From NCBI GenBank assembly GCA_965248925.1, contig CBDFLE010000006.1, positions 2,432,001 to 2,496,000 on the forward strand: a stretch of 64,000 bases of DNA. The letters run 5' to 3'. Origin of the DNA: Candidatus Multivoradales bacterium. Lineage in GTDB: Bacteria; Acidobacteriota; Thermoanaerobaculia; Multivoradales; J023. The translations under genes were made by a program, and so were the position numbers. Under the pieces are notes generated by a model. It was not told where the DNA came from. It did not search any database and saw only the letters and a program-made list of their open reading frames with translations. Below are positions 37,427 through 47,140 of the stretch, piece after piece; the first letter of the stretch is position 1, and every line of letters begins with the position of its first letter.

Positions 37427-38781
37427 CGGCTCAGCACCATCGCCAGCAGCGCCGCGACCAACGCTCCGACCAGCGTGTTGAAAAAGTTAATCGCTTCGTT
37501 ATCGAGCAAGCCATGCTCTTCGAGGGTCGCCCCGGCGAGACTCTCGACCACCGTGCCTACAAAGCCGGCGACGGTGACGATCAGCACCCCCGCGAGGCCA
37601 TAGAAACCCACCGCCGAACCCAGTAGTGCAAGCAGCAAGGTAGCCCCCAGGCCGGCCACGGTTCCTTCCAAGGAAACCGCCCCCTCAGTGCCCCGGGGCA
37701 CTGGCTTCAAAGTGGTCAGCAAGAAGGTGCGCCGGCCCCACAGCTGCCCCAGCTCAGAGCTCACCGTGTCACCCGCGGCGGTGGCGAAAGCAGCGGCAAA
37801 GGCCAGCAAGTAGATCTCTTGCTGGCCGGTGGTCGCCGCGAAAACCGCTGCCACCGCGGCGACACCCGCATTGGCCACCGCGTGCTTCGCGCTGCGCCGG
37901 CCGCCCCCCTCCTGGGCCAGCTTGGCCGCCGCCTTCTTGGCATAGCCGATCTTGGTGGTACCGGTGCCGAGGACAAAGAAAGCGACCAGCAGGAGAAAGC
38001 CGCGCCAATCCAGAAAAGCATAAATCGCGGTGCCGAGCACAAAGCCCATCACCGCCCCCGACAAATCCACCGAGCGGGCGGCGTAGGCGGCACCGGCCAA
38101 GAGCAAATTGACCCCGGCGCCGATCGCCGCGATCTCGATCAAACCATCGGCCAGTCCAGCGCACCAGTACGCCTCACCGGAAAGCACGCCGAGCAAGACC
38201 AAGCCAGCCAAGAAAGGCACCGAGACGTTGTCGTCGATACCCTGCGGCTGCGATTCGATGAAGGCGGCGAAAAGGGCGGTCACTAAACACGCCAAGGCGG
38301 CAAAACCCAGCTCGATCTCGCCGCCGCCGGCTTGCCGGGCAACCGTCCAGCAGAGCAAAGTCGTAGCACCGAGGGTGCCAAAAATCACGTAGGCCAAGCT
38401 TCCCGACCAGGTCTTGCGCGGGTTCCACGGCAAGCGCGGCCCGCCCACCGTCATCCCCACCAGCGAGGCCATGCCGTCGCCAAAAGCGAGAATTCCCCAA
38501 ATCGCCGCGGCGATTTCTAGCCGCCGCCAGAAAACCAAGATCAGCAGCAGCACCGCCAGCGGATAGAGCACGATGCCGAGCGAGCGACCGCTAGCGGTCT
38601 CATGTTCGCGCCACATCTTCTTGCCGCCGATCCTGGGTAGGACGAAGACGTTGCTCAGCACCGCCGCCAGGGCGCACAGCGCGCCACCCAGCGGCCCAAG
38701 ATAGGCCAGGAGAAAGGCCAGCAAGCCAACCGCCATATGCACCAGCTTGCGCAGCAACTCACCTGGGGAAAGAGCACTCAT
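37423..38781 (-). CDS. fusion: CTP-dependent prenol (phytol/dolichol-type) kinase + DUF92 domain
   Basis: ELLRKLVH, FGDGMASLVG, KTWSGS, DDNVSVP (kinase); GGRRSAKHAVAN, DTVSSELGQ, GTEGAVSLEGT, NEAINF (DUF92). Confidence 0.88.
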   Translation of the reverse strand: MSALSPGELLRKLVHMAVGLLAFLLAYLGPLGGALCALAAVLSNVFVLPRIGGKKMWREHETASGRSLGIVLYPLAVLLLILVFWRRLEIAAAIWGILAFGDGMASLVGMTVGGPRLPWNPRKTWSGSLAYVIFGTLGATTLLCWTVARQAGGGEIELGFAALACLVTALFAAFIESQPQGIDDNVSVPFLAGLVLLGVLSGEAYWCAGLADGLIEIAAIGAGVNLLLAGAAYAARSVDLSGAVMGFVLGTAIYAFLDWRGFLLLVAFFVLGTGTTKIGYAKKAAAKLAQEGGGRRSAKHAVANAGVAAVAAVFAATTGQQEIYLLAFAAAFATAAGDTVSSELGQLWGRRTFLLTTLKPVPRGTEGAVSLEGTVAGLGATLLLALLGSAVGFYGLAGVLIVTVAGFVGTVVESLAGATLEEHGLLDNEAINFFNTLVGALVAALLAMVLSR

Positions 38782-39782
38782 CCGCTCCAAGCTCCGGTTT
38801 CCTTGAGCCAAGCGATGGTCTCCCCCAGGCCTTGCTCCAAAGTTCGCGGATCGTAGCCCAGGTCGTTCTGCGCCTTATACGACGACAGAGCCCAATCGTG
38901 GCGGTAGATCTCGATCAAGTCGGGAGTCAGCTTGGGAGTACCGCCGAACACTCGGGCCCAGGTTTTCATCAAGGCGCCGGATAAGGTCGCGACGCTGTCA
39001 GGAAACCGCAGCCCCGGCGGTTTGACCCCGGTCAGCCGATGGACCAGGGCGTAGAAATCGCCCTGCGAGATATTCTCGCCCCCCAGCACATAGCGCTCCC
39101 CGGCAGCCGCTTGCTCGAGCACCAGAACCACACCCTGCGCCACGTCGTCGACAAACGAGTAGTTCCAGCGCCGCGCCGGCTTGCCGACCAGGCCCGGCAG
39201 TTTGCGCCCCACCAAGTCGAGCAGGTGGCGGACCACGATATTGCCTTCAGTGAGTTCGCCAGGCCCGTAGATCACTCCCGGATAGACCACGTTCATCGGC
39301 ACCCCCTCGGCGATGGCCATGCGGGCGTGGCGATCTGACAGGGTCTTGGTGCGTTCGTAAGAGTTGATCCAAGGCCGGTCGTCCGGTGGCGCCGACTCAT
39401 CCAGCATGCCGCCGGGACCGTTCTCCGTCGGCCCCAACGCCATGAAGCTCGAAACATAGACCAGCTTAGCGACGCCCGCCTCCACCACCGCCTTGATGAC
39501 TTTCGCCGTACCGCCCACATTGATCCGATCAAAGTCGCCATCCGGCGCCATGATCTTGACCAAGGCAGCGGCATGAATCACCGCCTCACAGCCCTCGACC
39601 GCACGCCGCAGACTCTCCAGATCGGTGACATCTCCATCGGCGAACTCCACCCCCTCCGGAAGGCGCGAGCGATCAGAGGTCGGCCGCACCAGCAGCCTGA
39701 GCGAGTGGCCCTTCTGGTGCAATAGCGCGACCGTCTTACGGCCCAGAAACCCGGTGCCACCGGTGATCAGGATCTTCATCAT
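38778..39782 (-). CDS. extended SDR / NAD-dependent epimerase-dehydratase (farnesol dehydrogenase/HpnA-like)
   Basis: ILITGGTGFLG, YERTK, VYPGVIYGPGELTEGN, GERYVLGGEN. Confidence 0.85.
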   Translation of the reverse strand: MMKILITGGTGFLGRKTVALLHQKGHSLRLLVRPTSDRSRLPEGVEFADGDVTDLESLRRAVEGCEAVIHAAALVKIMAPDGDFDRINVGGTAKVIKAVVEAGVAKLVYVSSFMALGPTENGPGGMLDESAPPDDRPWINSYERTKTLSDRHARMAIAEGVPMNVVYPGVIYGPGELTEGNIVVRHLLDLVGRKLPGLVGKPARRWNYSFVDDVAQGVVLVLEQAAAGERYVLGGENISQGDFYALVHRLTGVKPPGLRFPDSVATLSGALMKTWARVFGGTPKLTPDLIEIYRHDWALSSYKAQNDLGYDPRTLEQGLGETIAWLKETGAWSG

Positions 39783-39976
39783 GGGGTCCTTAATTGCAAA
39801 GCGGGCAAAGCTGGAGAGACCGGCGATCAAGGGCCGCGTCGAGCCGCCTCAAAGGCAGTGAAACCACGTCATCCCAAGCCCTGTCACGAGCACCTACCCT
39901 ACCAGCAGGCGCCGTTTCGAGCGAGTCTCCATCCCCTTGCTGAGCAAGGAAGTGGGTGATGTTCACTGGCTTGGAC

Positions 39977-40294
39977 TCAGCGATCTGAGCCAAAGGGGCG
40001 CGACCGCTTTGGTGAGCGTTTCTGGCGCCCCTTGCGGTAGACGTCTTTGCGGTCAGCGATCCGAACCACGATCACCAGCAACCGATTGTCTTCGACGAAG
40101 TAGACGATCCGATAGGGTCCCTGGCGGATCCGGTACAACTTCGCTGCGCCCGAGAGCTTGACGCAACCGCGCGGCCGAGGCTCCTCTGCAAGCGCCAAGA
40201 TTCGGTCGACCAGCGTCCGGCGATCCTTCTTCCGAGTTACGCCATCAAGTTCCTTGGCCGCCGCCGCGGCGATACGGATTTCATATACGGCCAC
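39977..40294 (-). CDS. RelE/ParE family toxin
   Basis: PRPRGCVKLSG..YRIRQGPYRIVY..VVRIADRKDVY. Confidence 0.92.
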   Translation of the reverse strand: MAVYEIRIAAAAAKELDGVTRKKDRRTLVDRILALAEEPRPRGCVKLSGAAKLYRIRQGPYRIVYFVEDNRLLVIVVRIADRKDVYRKGRQKRSPKRSRPFGSDR

Positions 40295-40511
40295 GACGCC
40301 TCAGATCCCGGACGACTCCTTCAAAGCTAAGCTGTGGCCCATCGCGCCTCTCCCGGAAAGCCTCAAGATCTTCCGCGTCCTCGCCGAGGGAGAGTTCCAC
40401 CGCTTCGTTGACAAGCTCCGAGACCGACCGCTCGGTTGAGGCCGCCTTGAGCCGCAGAGCGCGGTGGAGTTCCGGGTCAAAGTAAACAGTGGCGCGCTTT
40501 GATGCTTGCAT
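40281..40511 (-). CDS. RHH/CopG antitoxin
   Basis: KRATVYFDPELHRALRLKAA..SVSELVNEAV..EDAEDLEAFRER. Confidence 0.9.
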   Translation of the reverse strand: MQASKRATVYFDPELHRALRLKAASTERSVSELVNEAVELSLGEDAEDLEAFRERRDGPQLSFEGVVRDLRRRGRI

Positions 40512-40615
40512 GGACCAAGGCTAGCCCCAAGTCGTTAAAACGTCAAGACGTCACTCCCTTTGGACTACCTGCCCGCAGCTTGACCCCAGTCGTTCTAGCC
40601 TTCCATACTCGATCC

Positions 40616-41278
40616 ATGACGGACTCCGCCTGGGAACAGCCAGAAGCGGTCGCGAAGTTTGCCGGTCGCGATCCTGACCACCGCCTGCTCGAGCTGATCG
40701 AGGACTACGAGGACCCCAGCACCGTGCGGGTGCTGGACCTGGGATGCGCCGGTGGGCGCAACAGCGAGTTGCTGGCGCGTTGTGGTTTCGATCTAACGGC
40801 ACTCGATGCATCACGAGCCATGGTGGCCCACAGCCGAGAGAGGCTGGCGCCAGTCCTCGACGATGAACAGGCGCAGCGTCGGGTGCGCCATGGACGGATG
40901 GACGACCTGGGCGAGTTGGCGGATGGTTCGTTCGATCTGGTGGTCGCCCTGGGAGTCTATCACTGTGCTGAGAGCCGTGCCGAGTGGCAGTCTGCGCTCA
41001 GCGAAACCGCTCGGGTGCTGCGCAACGACGGCCATCTGCTTCTGGCGTTGTTCACTCCCGAAACCGATTTGACCGGCGATGGGATCCGCCCTGTGCCGGG
41101 GCAACCCGACGTCTATGAGGGGTTTCCTTCGGGACGATCGGTGTTGGTCGATCAGCAAGCCCTTGATGCTGAGATGGCGCGTCTCGGGCTGAAACCAGCA
41201 GTGCCCAGCCGCACGGTGCGAGTCGAGATGGATTCCGGACGCCGGGTGACGGTCAACGCCCTTTATCGTCGAGCGTAG
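40616..41278 (+). CDS. class I SAM-dependent methyltransferase
   Basis: VLDLGCAGGRN, SFDLVVALG, ARVLRNDG. Confidence 0.88.
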   Translation: MTDSAWEQPEAVAKFAGRDPDHRLLELIEDYEDPSTVRVLDLGCAGGRNSELLARCGFDLTALDASRAMVAHSRERLAPVLDDEQAQRRVRHGRMDDLGELADGSFDLVVALGVYHCAESRAEWQSALSETARVLRNDGHLLLALFTPETDLTGDGIRPVPGQPDVYEGFPSGRSVLVDQQALDAEMARLGLKPAVPSRTVRVEMDSGRRVTVNALYRRA

Positions 41279-41405
41279 AGCCAGGGACGAGAAGCCGACC
41301 GAACCACCCTGCGCTTCCACGAGGGTTTGAAAGCCCTCGCTATGGTGTGACGTCCCTGTTGGGGTGAAGAGTAATATGCCTGTTTTCAGTCGTTTGTGTG
41401 AAGAC

Positions 41406-41639
41406 TTACGCTATTCGCTGGAGTTTGCGAACGGTAATCAGGTCGGTGTCGTCTACAGGTCGTACATCGCCCGGTTTCAGGGTCACCAATGCGCCGGTTC
41501 GGCCCGAGGCAGTAACAAATTCGACCTCTATACCGTCCGGCTCATAGGTTTCCACCACGGCGCCCAGATCACCCGCGCAGAGACCCTTGGAGGGTAAGTC
41601 GCGAGCCAGAACAACAGTGTCGAAGGACTTGTGGTCCAT
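41406..41639 (-). CDS. DUF4926 family protein (putative antitoxin/immunity)
   Basis: DTVVLARDLP..GLCAGDLGAVVE..EVEFV..GRT.ALVTL. Confidence 0.85.
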   Translation of the reverse strand: MDHKSFDTVVLARDLPSKGLCAGDLGAVVETYEPDGIEVEFVTASGRTGALVTLKPGDVRPVDDTDLITVRKLQRIA

Positions 41640-41641
41640 GA

Positions 41642-41977
41642 TCAATTCTCCGGATACACGGTAACGAAGCGGGGAATCCCCTCGCCCACCAGTACGATCC
41701 ACACGGTCACAACTTCGGCAGTCCGCCCCATCTTACCGACCATCCTACCGCGAACTACGTACTTTTGCCCATAGGCGCTGCGGTCGCCGACTTCCGCACT
41801 GCCTTGGACAGCGATCCTCTTGAGTTCGGCCGCGAATTCCTGCGAGGTCTCGCGACTGAACCCGAGCTTCGCAAAGAAGAGGGCTTTGAACCGGCCGACG
41901 GGATGTTCAAGCGAGAGTATGTAGTCACGGATCTTCTGCGGTGCAATGGTGACGTGCTCAGCTTGTGGGAGCTTCAT
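41642..41977 (-). CDS. DUF6883 family protein (putative toxin)
   Basis: KIRDYILSLEHPVGRFKA.FF..LGF..YGQKY..TVWI..PRFVT. Confidence 0.8.
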   Translation of the reverse strand: MKLPQAEHVTIAPQKIRDYILSLEHPVGRFKALFFAKLGFSRETSQEFAAELKRIAVQGSAEVGDRSAYGQKYVVRGRMVGKMGRTAEVVTVWIVLVGEGIPRFVTVYPEN

Positions 41978-42214
41978 CGGCTAACACTCCAGAGGAACGC
42001 GCGAACATCTGCCAACCCACCGGCCTCAAATGTGACATGACTATTGGGAAGATCTCTGGCATTGCTCTTGCTGGATTTCGACTGGTACCTCCCATTCCTT
42101 CTAGGAGATATCCAGAAAAGCGGACCACTTCTAAAGACCTTCGCAGAGCCCCTCGGATCCCGACACCGCGAACTTCAGATTCTAGCACATCCAAGGCACT
42201 CTCTTCGCCGCTCC

Positions 42215-44341
42215 TTATCTCCCCTCCGCACCGCCAAATATTCCACGAAAGATTGCTTCAAACTCGGGCACGTACTCGCCGCAGTCATCGATCTTCTCAC
42301 CCAGACTTCGCGCATCTTGCGTGCATGAAATCTCTTTGCACAGCGACTGAGCCCTCGTCGGCTTGTCAGAGCCCGTGACGCTGACCGGGTAATACGCCTC
42401 GATCGCGCCTTTCTCCAAGACATAGATGCTGCAAGACCTGAGTTCGGCGAGCAACTCTCTCTTTCTCCGCTGTATCTCGACTTTAGAGCTGTCCTTAAGC
42501 ACTGCCAGCCTCGGATTCGTCTTCTCAAAGACAAAGAGATCGCCCAGCAGACCCACCACCTTATCGTGCTCCCTGACCTCGCGCGCGCATAGGATTTTGT
42601 CGTATATCTGTCTCGCACGACCACGCTGCAATTCTCTCTGGAGTAACTTTACATCGGGCTTTGGAAGATCGTCTTCCCTCTTGATGATGGCGTCAACATC
42701 CCGCAGCAGACTGTCGCGAATCCTTCTCGCGCTATCAGACGGCTCGAGCTGTGCAAATCCGTCCACCAGAACATCAAGATCGGCGACAATAGCCACGTCC
42801 ACGCCGAAGCGCCTGAAGAAATTCGCATAGCGCCGGAAACTACCCTTACCAGAAGTCTTTATCAAACTCGTAGATGTGGACTTAAAATCCCAGCGCGAAT
42901 CCAGCAACTGCGCAATGTGGGGCAGCACGATCAACTCACTGTCACCCTCAACGAGGACGATCCGATCTGAAAAGAAAGCTAAATTACTACTCTCGAAACA
43001 GATGAGTTGAAACTTGTCCTTCTCCTTCAAATCTCCTAGATCTATAACGGAGCAGCTGCTCGCGGGCCGAGAGAAGCCCTCGTCTTGCTTCTTCTGAATC
43101 TTCACGAACATTGTTGTTTCACCCGCGGAGAAAAAGAACGGCGAGTGGGTTGTCACGATCACCTGATGCTCGCTTGAAATCAAGACCAATGCGTCAAAGA
43201 GAATATTCTGAGCACTGGGATGAAGGTAGAGTTCGGGCTCCTCGAAAAGGAAAATGAACTTCTCCCGCTGGCGTCTTGCGCTATCGCCATCCTCCCCCCA
43301 GACGGCATCATGCGATAACTGAACGTAGCTTCGGAGGATGCTGAACGCCACCGCTCTCTTGAACCCATCCCCCTTATTGTCAACGGGGCCGCGCACGCCA
43401 TCATCGGCCACAATTGTCGCGCTCGAGAGAACTGTCTTGATCTCAGGAGGCGGAATCTCCAATTCGATCTTAACATCACGAAACGTCTCACTCAGATTCT
43501 CCTGAATCCTCCTCTCGATCATTTTGACTTTACTCAACCGCTCATCCACAACCGTGCCATCATCTTGATAGATGCGGTTCAGTTTCTTCCTGAGATCATC
43601 AAACGTCTTCGCCTCTTCTCCCAGTTCTCCCGCGATCATATCGAGAAGAATGCTAATCAACTTTCCAAACGACGCACCACTTCTTGTCTTGAGATCATCA
43701 GAAAGATCTTTGACTGCGGGGATGTAAATGGGCTCGGGCAGCAGAGACCGGATGCTGTTGTCAATACCAGTTGGCAACGAGATATCGTCCTTTGTCAACT
43801 GGCTTGGCGGCAAGCTGTCGACATACTTCTCAACAACATCTTTTGCCGCCTTCTGCGTCTTTATGTTAGCCGCATCTTCGCGCGTCGTCGTGCTCGGGTA
43901 GCGTTCGAGTAGCGCTTTGCCGTTCTCGGCCCCCTTCTTTCCTTTGAAAGTGAGCCCGACTTCTTCGCTACGGTACTTTTTGTCGCGAGGAACTAACGTT
44001 ACGACTTTTAGCTTGGAGGACCCGCTGGTAGCATAGCGGCGCGCGAGCACCAGCGTCCCACCTGACACATACTGCGCAAGTTTATCCCGGTGTTCATCTG
44101 TGAGAGAGGAGAGTATTTCTGCGGTCACTCCCGCCAAAGTGACAGTGATGAGGATTTCTTGATCAGGATCATAGTACTCAGCCGGGCTGAGCTTCGTACC
44201 ATTCACGAAGAGTAGCAGTGCCTGCAGAAGAGAAGATTTGCCTGCATTGTTTTGCCCAACAACACAGACAAAATTAGACATCCCGCATTCAGCTTCTCGC
44301 AACCCCTTATAGTTCTCAACCTTCAAATGCGTAATATTCAC
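42215..44341 (-). CDS. OLD-family ATP-dependent nuclease (ABC ATPase + TOPRIM)
   Basis: VENYKG, GQNNAGKS, KGDGFKR, FEEPELYLHP, TTHSP, VLVEGDSE, ADLD. Confidence 0.9.
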   Translation of the reverse strand: MNITHLKVENYKGLREAECGMSNFVCVVGQNNAGKSSLLQALLLFVNGTKLSPAEYYDPDQEILITVTLAGVTAEILSSLTDEHRDKLAQYVSGGTLVLARRYATSGSSKLKVVTLVPRDKKYRSEEVGLTFKGKKGAENGKALLERYPSTTTREDAANIKTQKAAKDVVEKYVDSLPPSQLTKDDISLPTGIDNSIRSLLPEPIYIPAVKDLSDDLKTRSGASFGKLISILLDMIAGELGEEAKTFDDLRKKLNRIYQDDGTVVDERLSKVKMIERRIQENLSETFRDVKIELEIPPPEIKTVLSSATIVADDGVRGPVDNKGDGFKRAVAFSILRSYVQLSHDAVWGEDGDSARRQREKFIFLFEEPELYLHPSAQNILFDALVLISSEHQVIVTTHSPFFFSAGETTMFVKIQKKQDEGFSRPASSCSVIDLGDLKEKDKFQLICFESSNLAFFSDRIVLVEGDSELIVLPHIAQLLDSRWDFKSTSTSLIKTSGKGSFRRYANFFRRFGVDVAIVADLDVLVDGFAQLEPSDSARRIRDSLLRDVDAIIKREDDLPKPDVKLLQRELQRGRARQIYDKILCAREVREHDKVVGLLGDLFVFEKTNPRLAVLKDSSKVEIQRRKRELLAELRSCSIYVLEKGAIEAYYPVSVTGSDKPTRAQSLCKEISCTQDARSLGEKIDDCGEYVPEFEAIFRGIFGGAEGR

Positions 44342-44706
44342 TGGATAACTTCTCAGTGTTGGTTAGTTGGCGCTAGTGCCCCCTTGGGGGATGGGTCGAA
44401 ACCTCCAAGACAAGGGAACCGCCAGCCTGCGCGACCAGTCCCCAGTTCGCACTCGCAACGCCGTTCGTGATCGAGTCTGGTGCACTGAAGACACGCCCCA
44501 GCCAGCGCTCTGAGCAACACAACTACGCAGATTTTGCTCTTCTTGGCAGGGCGAAAGGCAACCACTGGCTTCTCCAAGTCGGAATTCTTGACCTCGATTA
44601 TCAAGGTTACCAGGGCGACCTTACCCTCCGTCACACATCAGCATGAACTCCTGCCACTGCGTGTCCATGCACAATTATTCAAGAGTAGTGGCCACTTCGC
44701 CGCACG

Positions 44707-44964
44707 TCAAGACAGCCGGAGACGAATATTGCGGCTTGTAACGAGGAGCAGCTTCAACGGTTCGCCGCGAATATGCAGCGAGTCGACGAAGTCGGAATCC
44801 TTGGTTGCGACAACCCTGGTTTCGCGGATAGAGAGTTCGTTGATCTCGCGATCCGTGATCCCGTTGGCCCGTTTCAGGTCTGGGGTGTGGATGGCATCGT
44901 GCCTGCGTTCGCGGAGTCGGAACACGAGACGGCGGGGAAGGTGGGCGTCGATCAGGAAATCCAA
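44707..44964 (-). pseudogene. DUF5615 PIN-like toxin, apparently C-terminally truncated
   Basis: FLIDAHLP, DAIHT, D.EI, VATKDSDF, KLLLV; stops at 85 aa. Confidence 0.72.
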
Positions 44965-45191
44965 CCAGCTGCCGGATCGATGCGTTTGAGGCGCACTACC
45001 CGTGCCGCGTATGCCAAAGCAGCGAGGATGTCGTCTTGTTCGAGATCCTCGTAGTCTGCGAGTATCTCCTCTAACGTCATGCCTGAACTCAACAGCTCAA
45101 GCACCATCTCCACGGTATAGTGCAATCCGCGAAGCGTCGGTCTGCCGTGGCAAATATCCGGGTCAATCGCTATACGGTCAAGCTGTTCCAT
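44952..45191 (-). CDS. DUF433 family antitoxin
   Basis: RIAIDPDICHGRPTLRG..LELLSSGMT.EEILADY.DLE.DDI.AAL.YA. Confidence 0.92.
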   Translation of the reverse strand: MEQLDRIAIDPDICHGRPTLRGLHYTVEMVLELLSSGMTLEEILADYEDLEQDDILAALAYAARVVRLKRIDPAAGWIS

Positions 45192-45253
45192 GAACTCACC
45201 TCACTGCGATCCTACTACTCCGCAGACCGCTCTTTCCTACCAACCGCATCCTC

Positions 45254-46174
45254 TCAGCGCTTCGCCACCGCCTGCCAGAGATCGCGCAAGGCTTCGTCCA
45301 GCGAGCGCTCCGGCTTCCAGCCCAGCGCTCGCAGACGAGCGCTGTCACCACAGAGCACCGGCACGTCGATCGGGCGTACGCGGCTTTCTTCGCGTTCGAT
45401 CTCGGCGGTGACCCCTGAGATCGAACGCAGTCGATCCAAGACTTCGGCAATCGAATGTGCCTTGCCGGTGGCCAGGTTGTAGACCTCGCCGGGCTCGCCG
45501 CGTTCTAGCAAGATGCAGTAGCCGCGGGCGTAATCGGCGATGTGGACAAAGTCTCGTCGCGGGCTCAGATCACCCACCCGGATCACCGGTTCGGCTTCGC
45601 CGCGATCGATCGCCGCGAGCTGGGCGGCGAAGGAGGGCAGGGCAAACTGCGGCGACTGGCCCGGACCGATGGCGTTGAACGACCGGGCCACCAGCGCCCC
45701 ATGATCCTGTGCCACCACTTCGGCACAGGCCTTGGTCATGGCATAGGGAGTGCGCGGATCGAGGGGTCGGTTTTCTGCAATCGGCTGCTGGTCTTCGGGC
45801 ACCGAGCCATAGACCTCGGCGCTCGAAGCGAACAGCACTTTGCAGTCGATACCCCGGTGCAGGCGCACCGCCCGCACCAAGTTACGGGTGCCAACGAAAT
45901 TGACCCGCTGGTAGTCGCCCGGACGCTGCCACGATTCACCAACATGGGACAGGCCGGCGAGGTGGACGACGGCGTCGGGACGGCAGGACTCGATGACCTC
46001 GTTCAACCGCTCGGGGTCGAGCACGTCGGCAACGTGGATCTGGATATCCGCCAGCGCGCCACCACGGCCATTGGTGTCGCTGGTCAAGCCCTCGACTGAG
46101 TGCCCGGCGGCCTGTAGCTCTGGGGCTAGCTGGCCGCCGACGAAACCGGTGATGCCAGTGATCAGAATTCGCAT
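45254..46174 (-). CDS. GDP-4-keto-6-deoxy-mannose reductase (Rmd)-like SDR
   Basis: ITGITGFVG, HLAG.SHV, SSAEVYG, YAMTK, FNAIGPGQSPQF, VGDL..RRDF. Confidence 0.8.
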   Translation of the reverse strand: MRILITGITGFVGGQLAPELQAAGHSVEGLTSDTNGRGGALADIQIHVADVLDPERLNEVIESCRPDAVVHLAGLSHVGESWQRPGDYQRVNFVGTRNLVRAVRLHRGIDCKVLFASSAEVYGSVPEDQQPIAENRPLDPRTPYAMTKACAEVVAQDHGALVARSFNAIGPGQSPQFALPSFAAQLAAIDRGEAEPVIRVGDLSPRRDFVHIADYARGYCILLERGEPGEVYNLATGKAHSIAEVLDRLRSISGVTAEIEREESRVRPIDVPVLCGDSARLRALGWKPERSLDEALRDLWQAVAKR

Positions 46175-46180
46175 CGCGGC

Positions 46181-47140
46181 TCAGGCAACCCGCTCGAGCC
46201 AGTAGTCGAAGGTGTCGCGCAAGGTCTTGTCGAACGGCACCTTGGGCTCCCAACCGGTATCGGCCCGCAGTTTCGAGCTGTCGCCGATCAGAATCTCGAC
46301 GTCTGAGGGTCGCAGACGGTCCGGGTCGGTCTGCACGTCGACCTCGACCTCGGCCAGCACGATCAGGCGGTCGAGCAACTCGCGGATGGTGATGCCCACC
46401 CCGGTGCAGATGTTGTAGACCTCGCCCGGCTTGCCAAGCTGGGTGGCCAACCAGTAGGCGCGCACGGTGTCGCGCACGTCGGTGAAGTCACGGATCGCAT
46501 CGAGATTGCCCACTCGCATCACCGGTTTGGCCAGGCCTTTCTTGATCCGCGCCAGCTGACGGGCGAAGTTGGAGGTGACGAAAACTTCTCCGCGCCGCGG
46601 TCCGGTGTGATTGAAACCGCGGGTACGCAGGGTCTTCAGACCATAGCTCTGGAAGTATTGGTAGGCCAGATAATCCTGACCGACCTTGGACACCGCGTAG
46701 GGGGACAGCGGGCGTAGCGGATTGGTCTCTTTGATCGGCGTCTCATCAGAATGCACCAGGCCGTACTCCTCGCTCGAGCAGGCGATCTGAATCACCGGAT
46801 CGAGACCCAGATCACGTACCGCCTCGAAGATGTGAGTCTGGCCGAGGATGTTGCCACTCAGGGTATCCATCGGCGCGCTCCAGCTGGTCGGCACGAAACT
46901 CTGCGCCGCCAGGTGGAAAATCAAATCCGGCCGCACCGCCGCCAGGGTGCGATGGACCGATTGATAATCGCGCAATTCGGTCTCGTGCAAGGTAACCTGA
47001 TCAAGGATGCCCTCGATGTTGTCTAGCGGACTGCGCCAGCGGCGAGTGCCGTGAATCTCGACCTGCGGTTGCTCGGCGAGCAGCAGCTCGGCCAAGTGCG
47101 AACCGGCAAAGCCGGTAATGCCAGTGATCAATGCTTTCAT
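46181..47140 (-). CDS. GDP-mannose 4,6-dehydratase / Rmd-like SDR
   Basis: HLAAQSFV, SSEEYG, SPYAVSK, FNHTGPRRGEVFVTS, GNLDAIRD. Confidence 0.85.
   Translation of the reverse strand: MKALITGITGFAGSHLAELLLAEQPQVEIHGTRRWRSPLDNIEGILDQVTLHETELRDYQSVHRTLAAVRPDLIFHLAAQSFVPTSWSAPMDTLSGNILGQTHIFEAVRDLGLDPVIQIACSSEEYGLVHSDETPIKETNPLRPLSPYAVSKVGQDYLAYQYFQSYGLKTLRTRGFNHTGPRRGEVFVTSNFARQLARIKKGLAKPVMRVGNLDAIRDFTDVRDTVRAYWLATQLGKPGEVYNICTGVGITIRELLDRLIVLAEVEVDVQTDPDRLRPSDVEILIGDSSKLRADTGWEPKVPFDKTLRDTFDYWLERVA

Noticed and set aside
42215-44341. Gabija or retron system call
   Set aside because: No UvrD helicase or reverse transcriptase adjacent.
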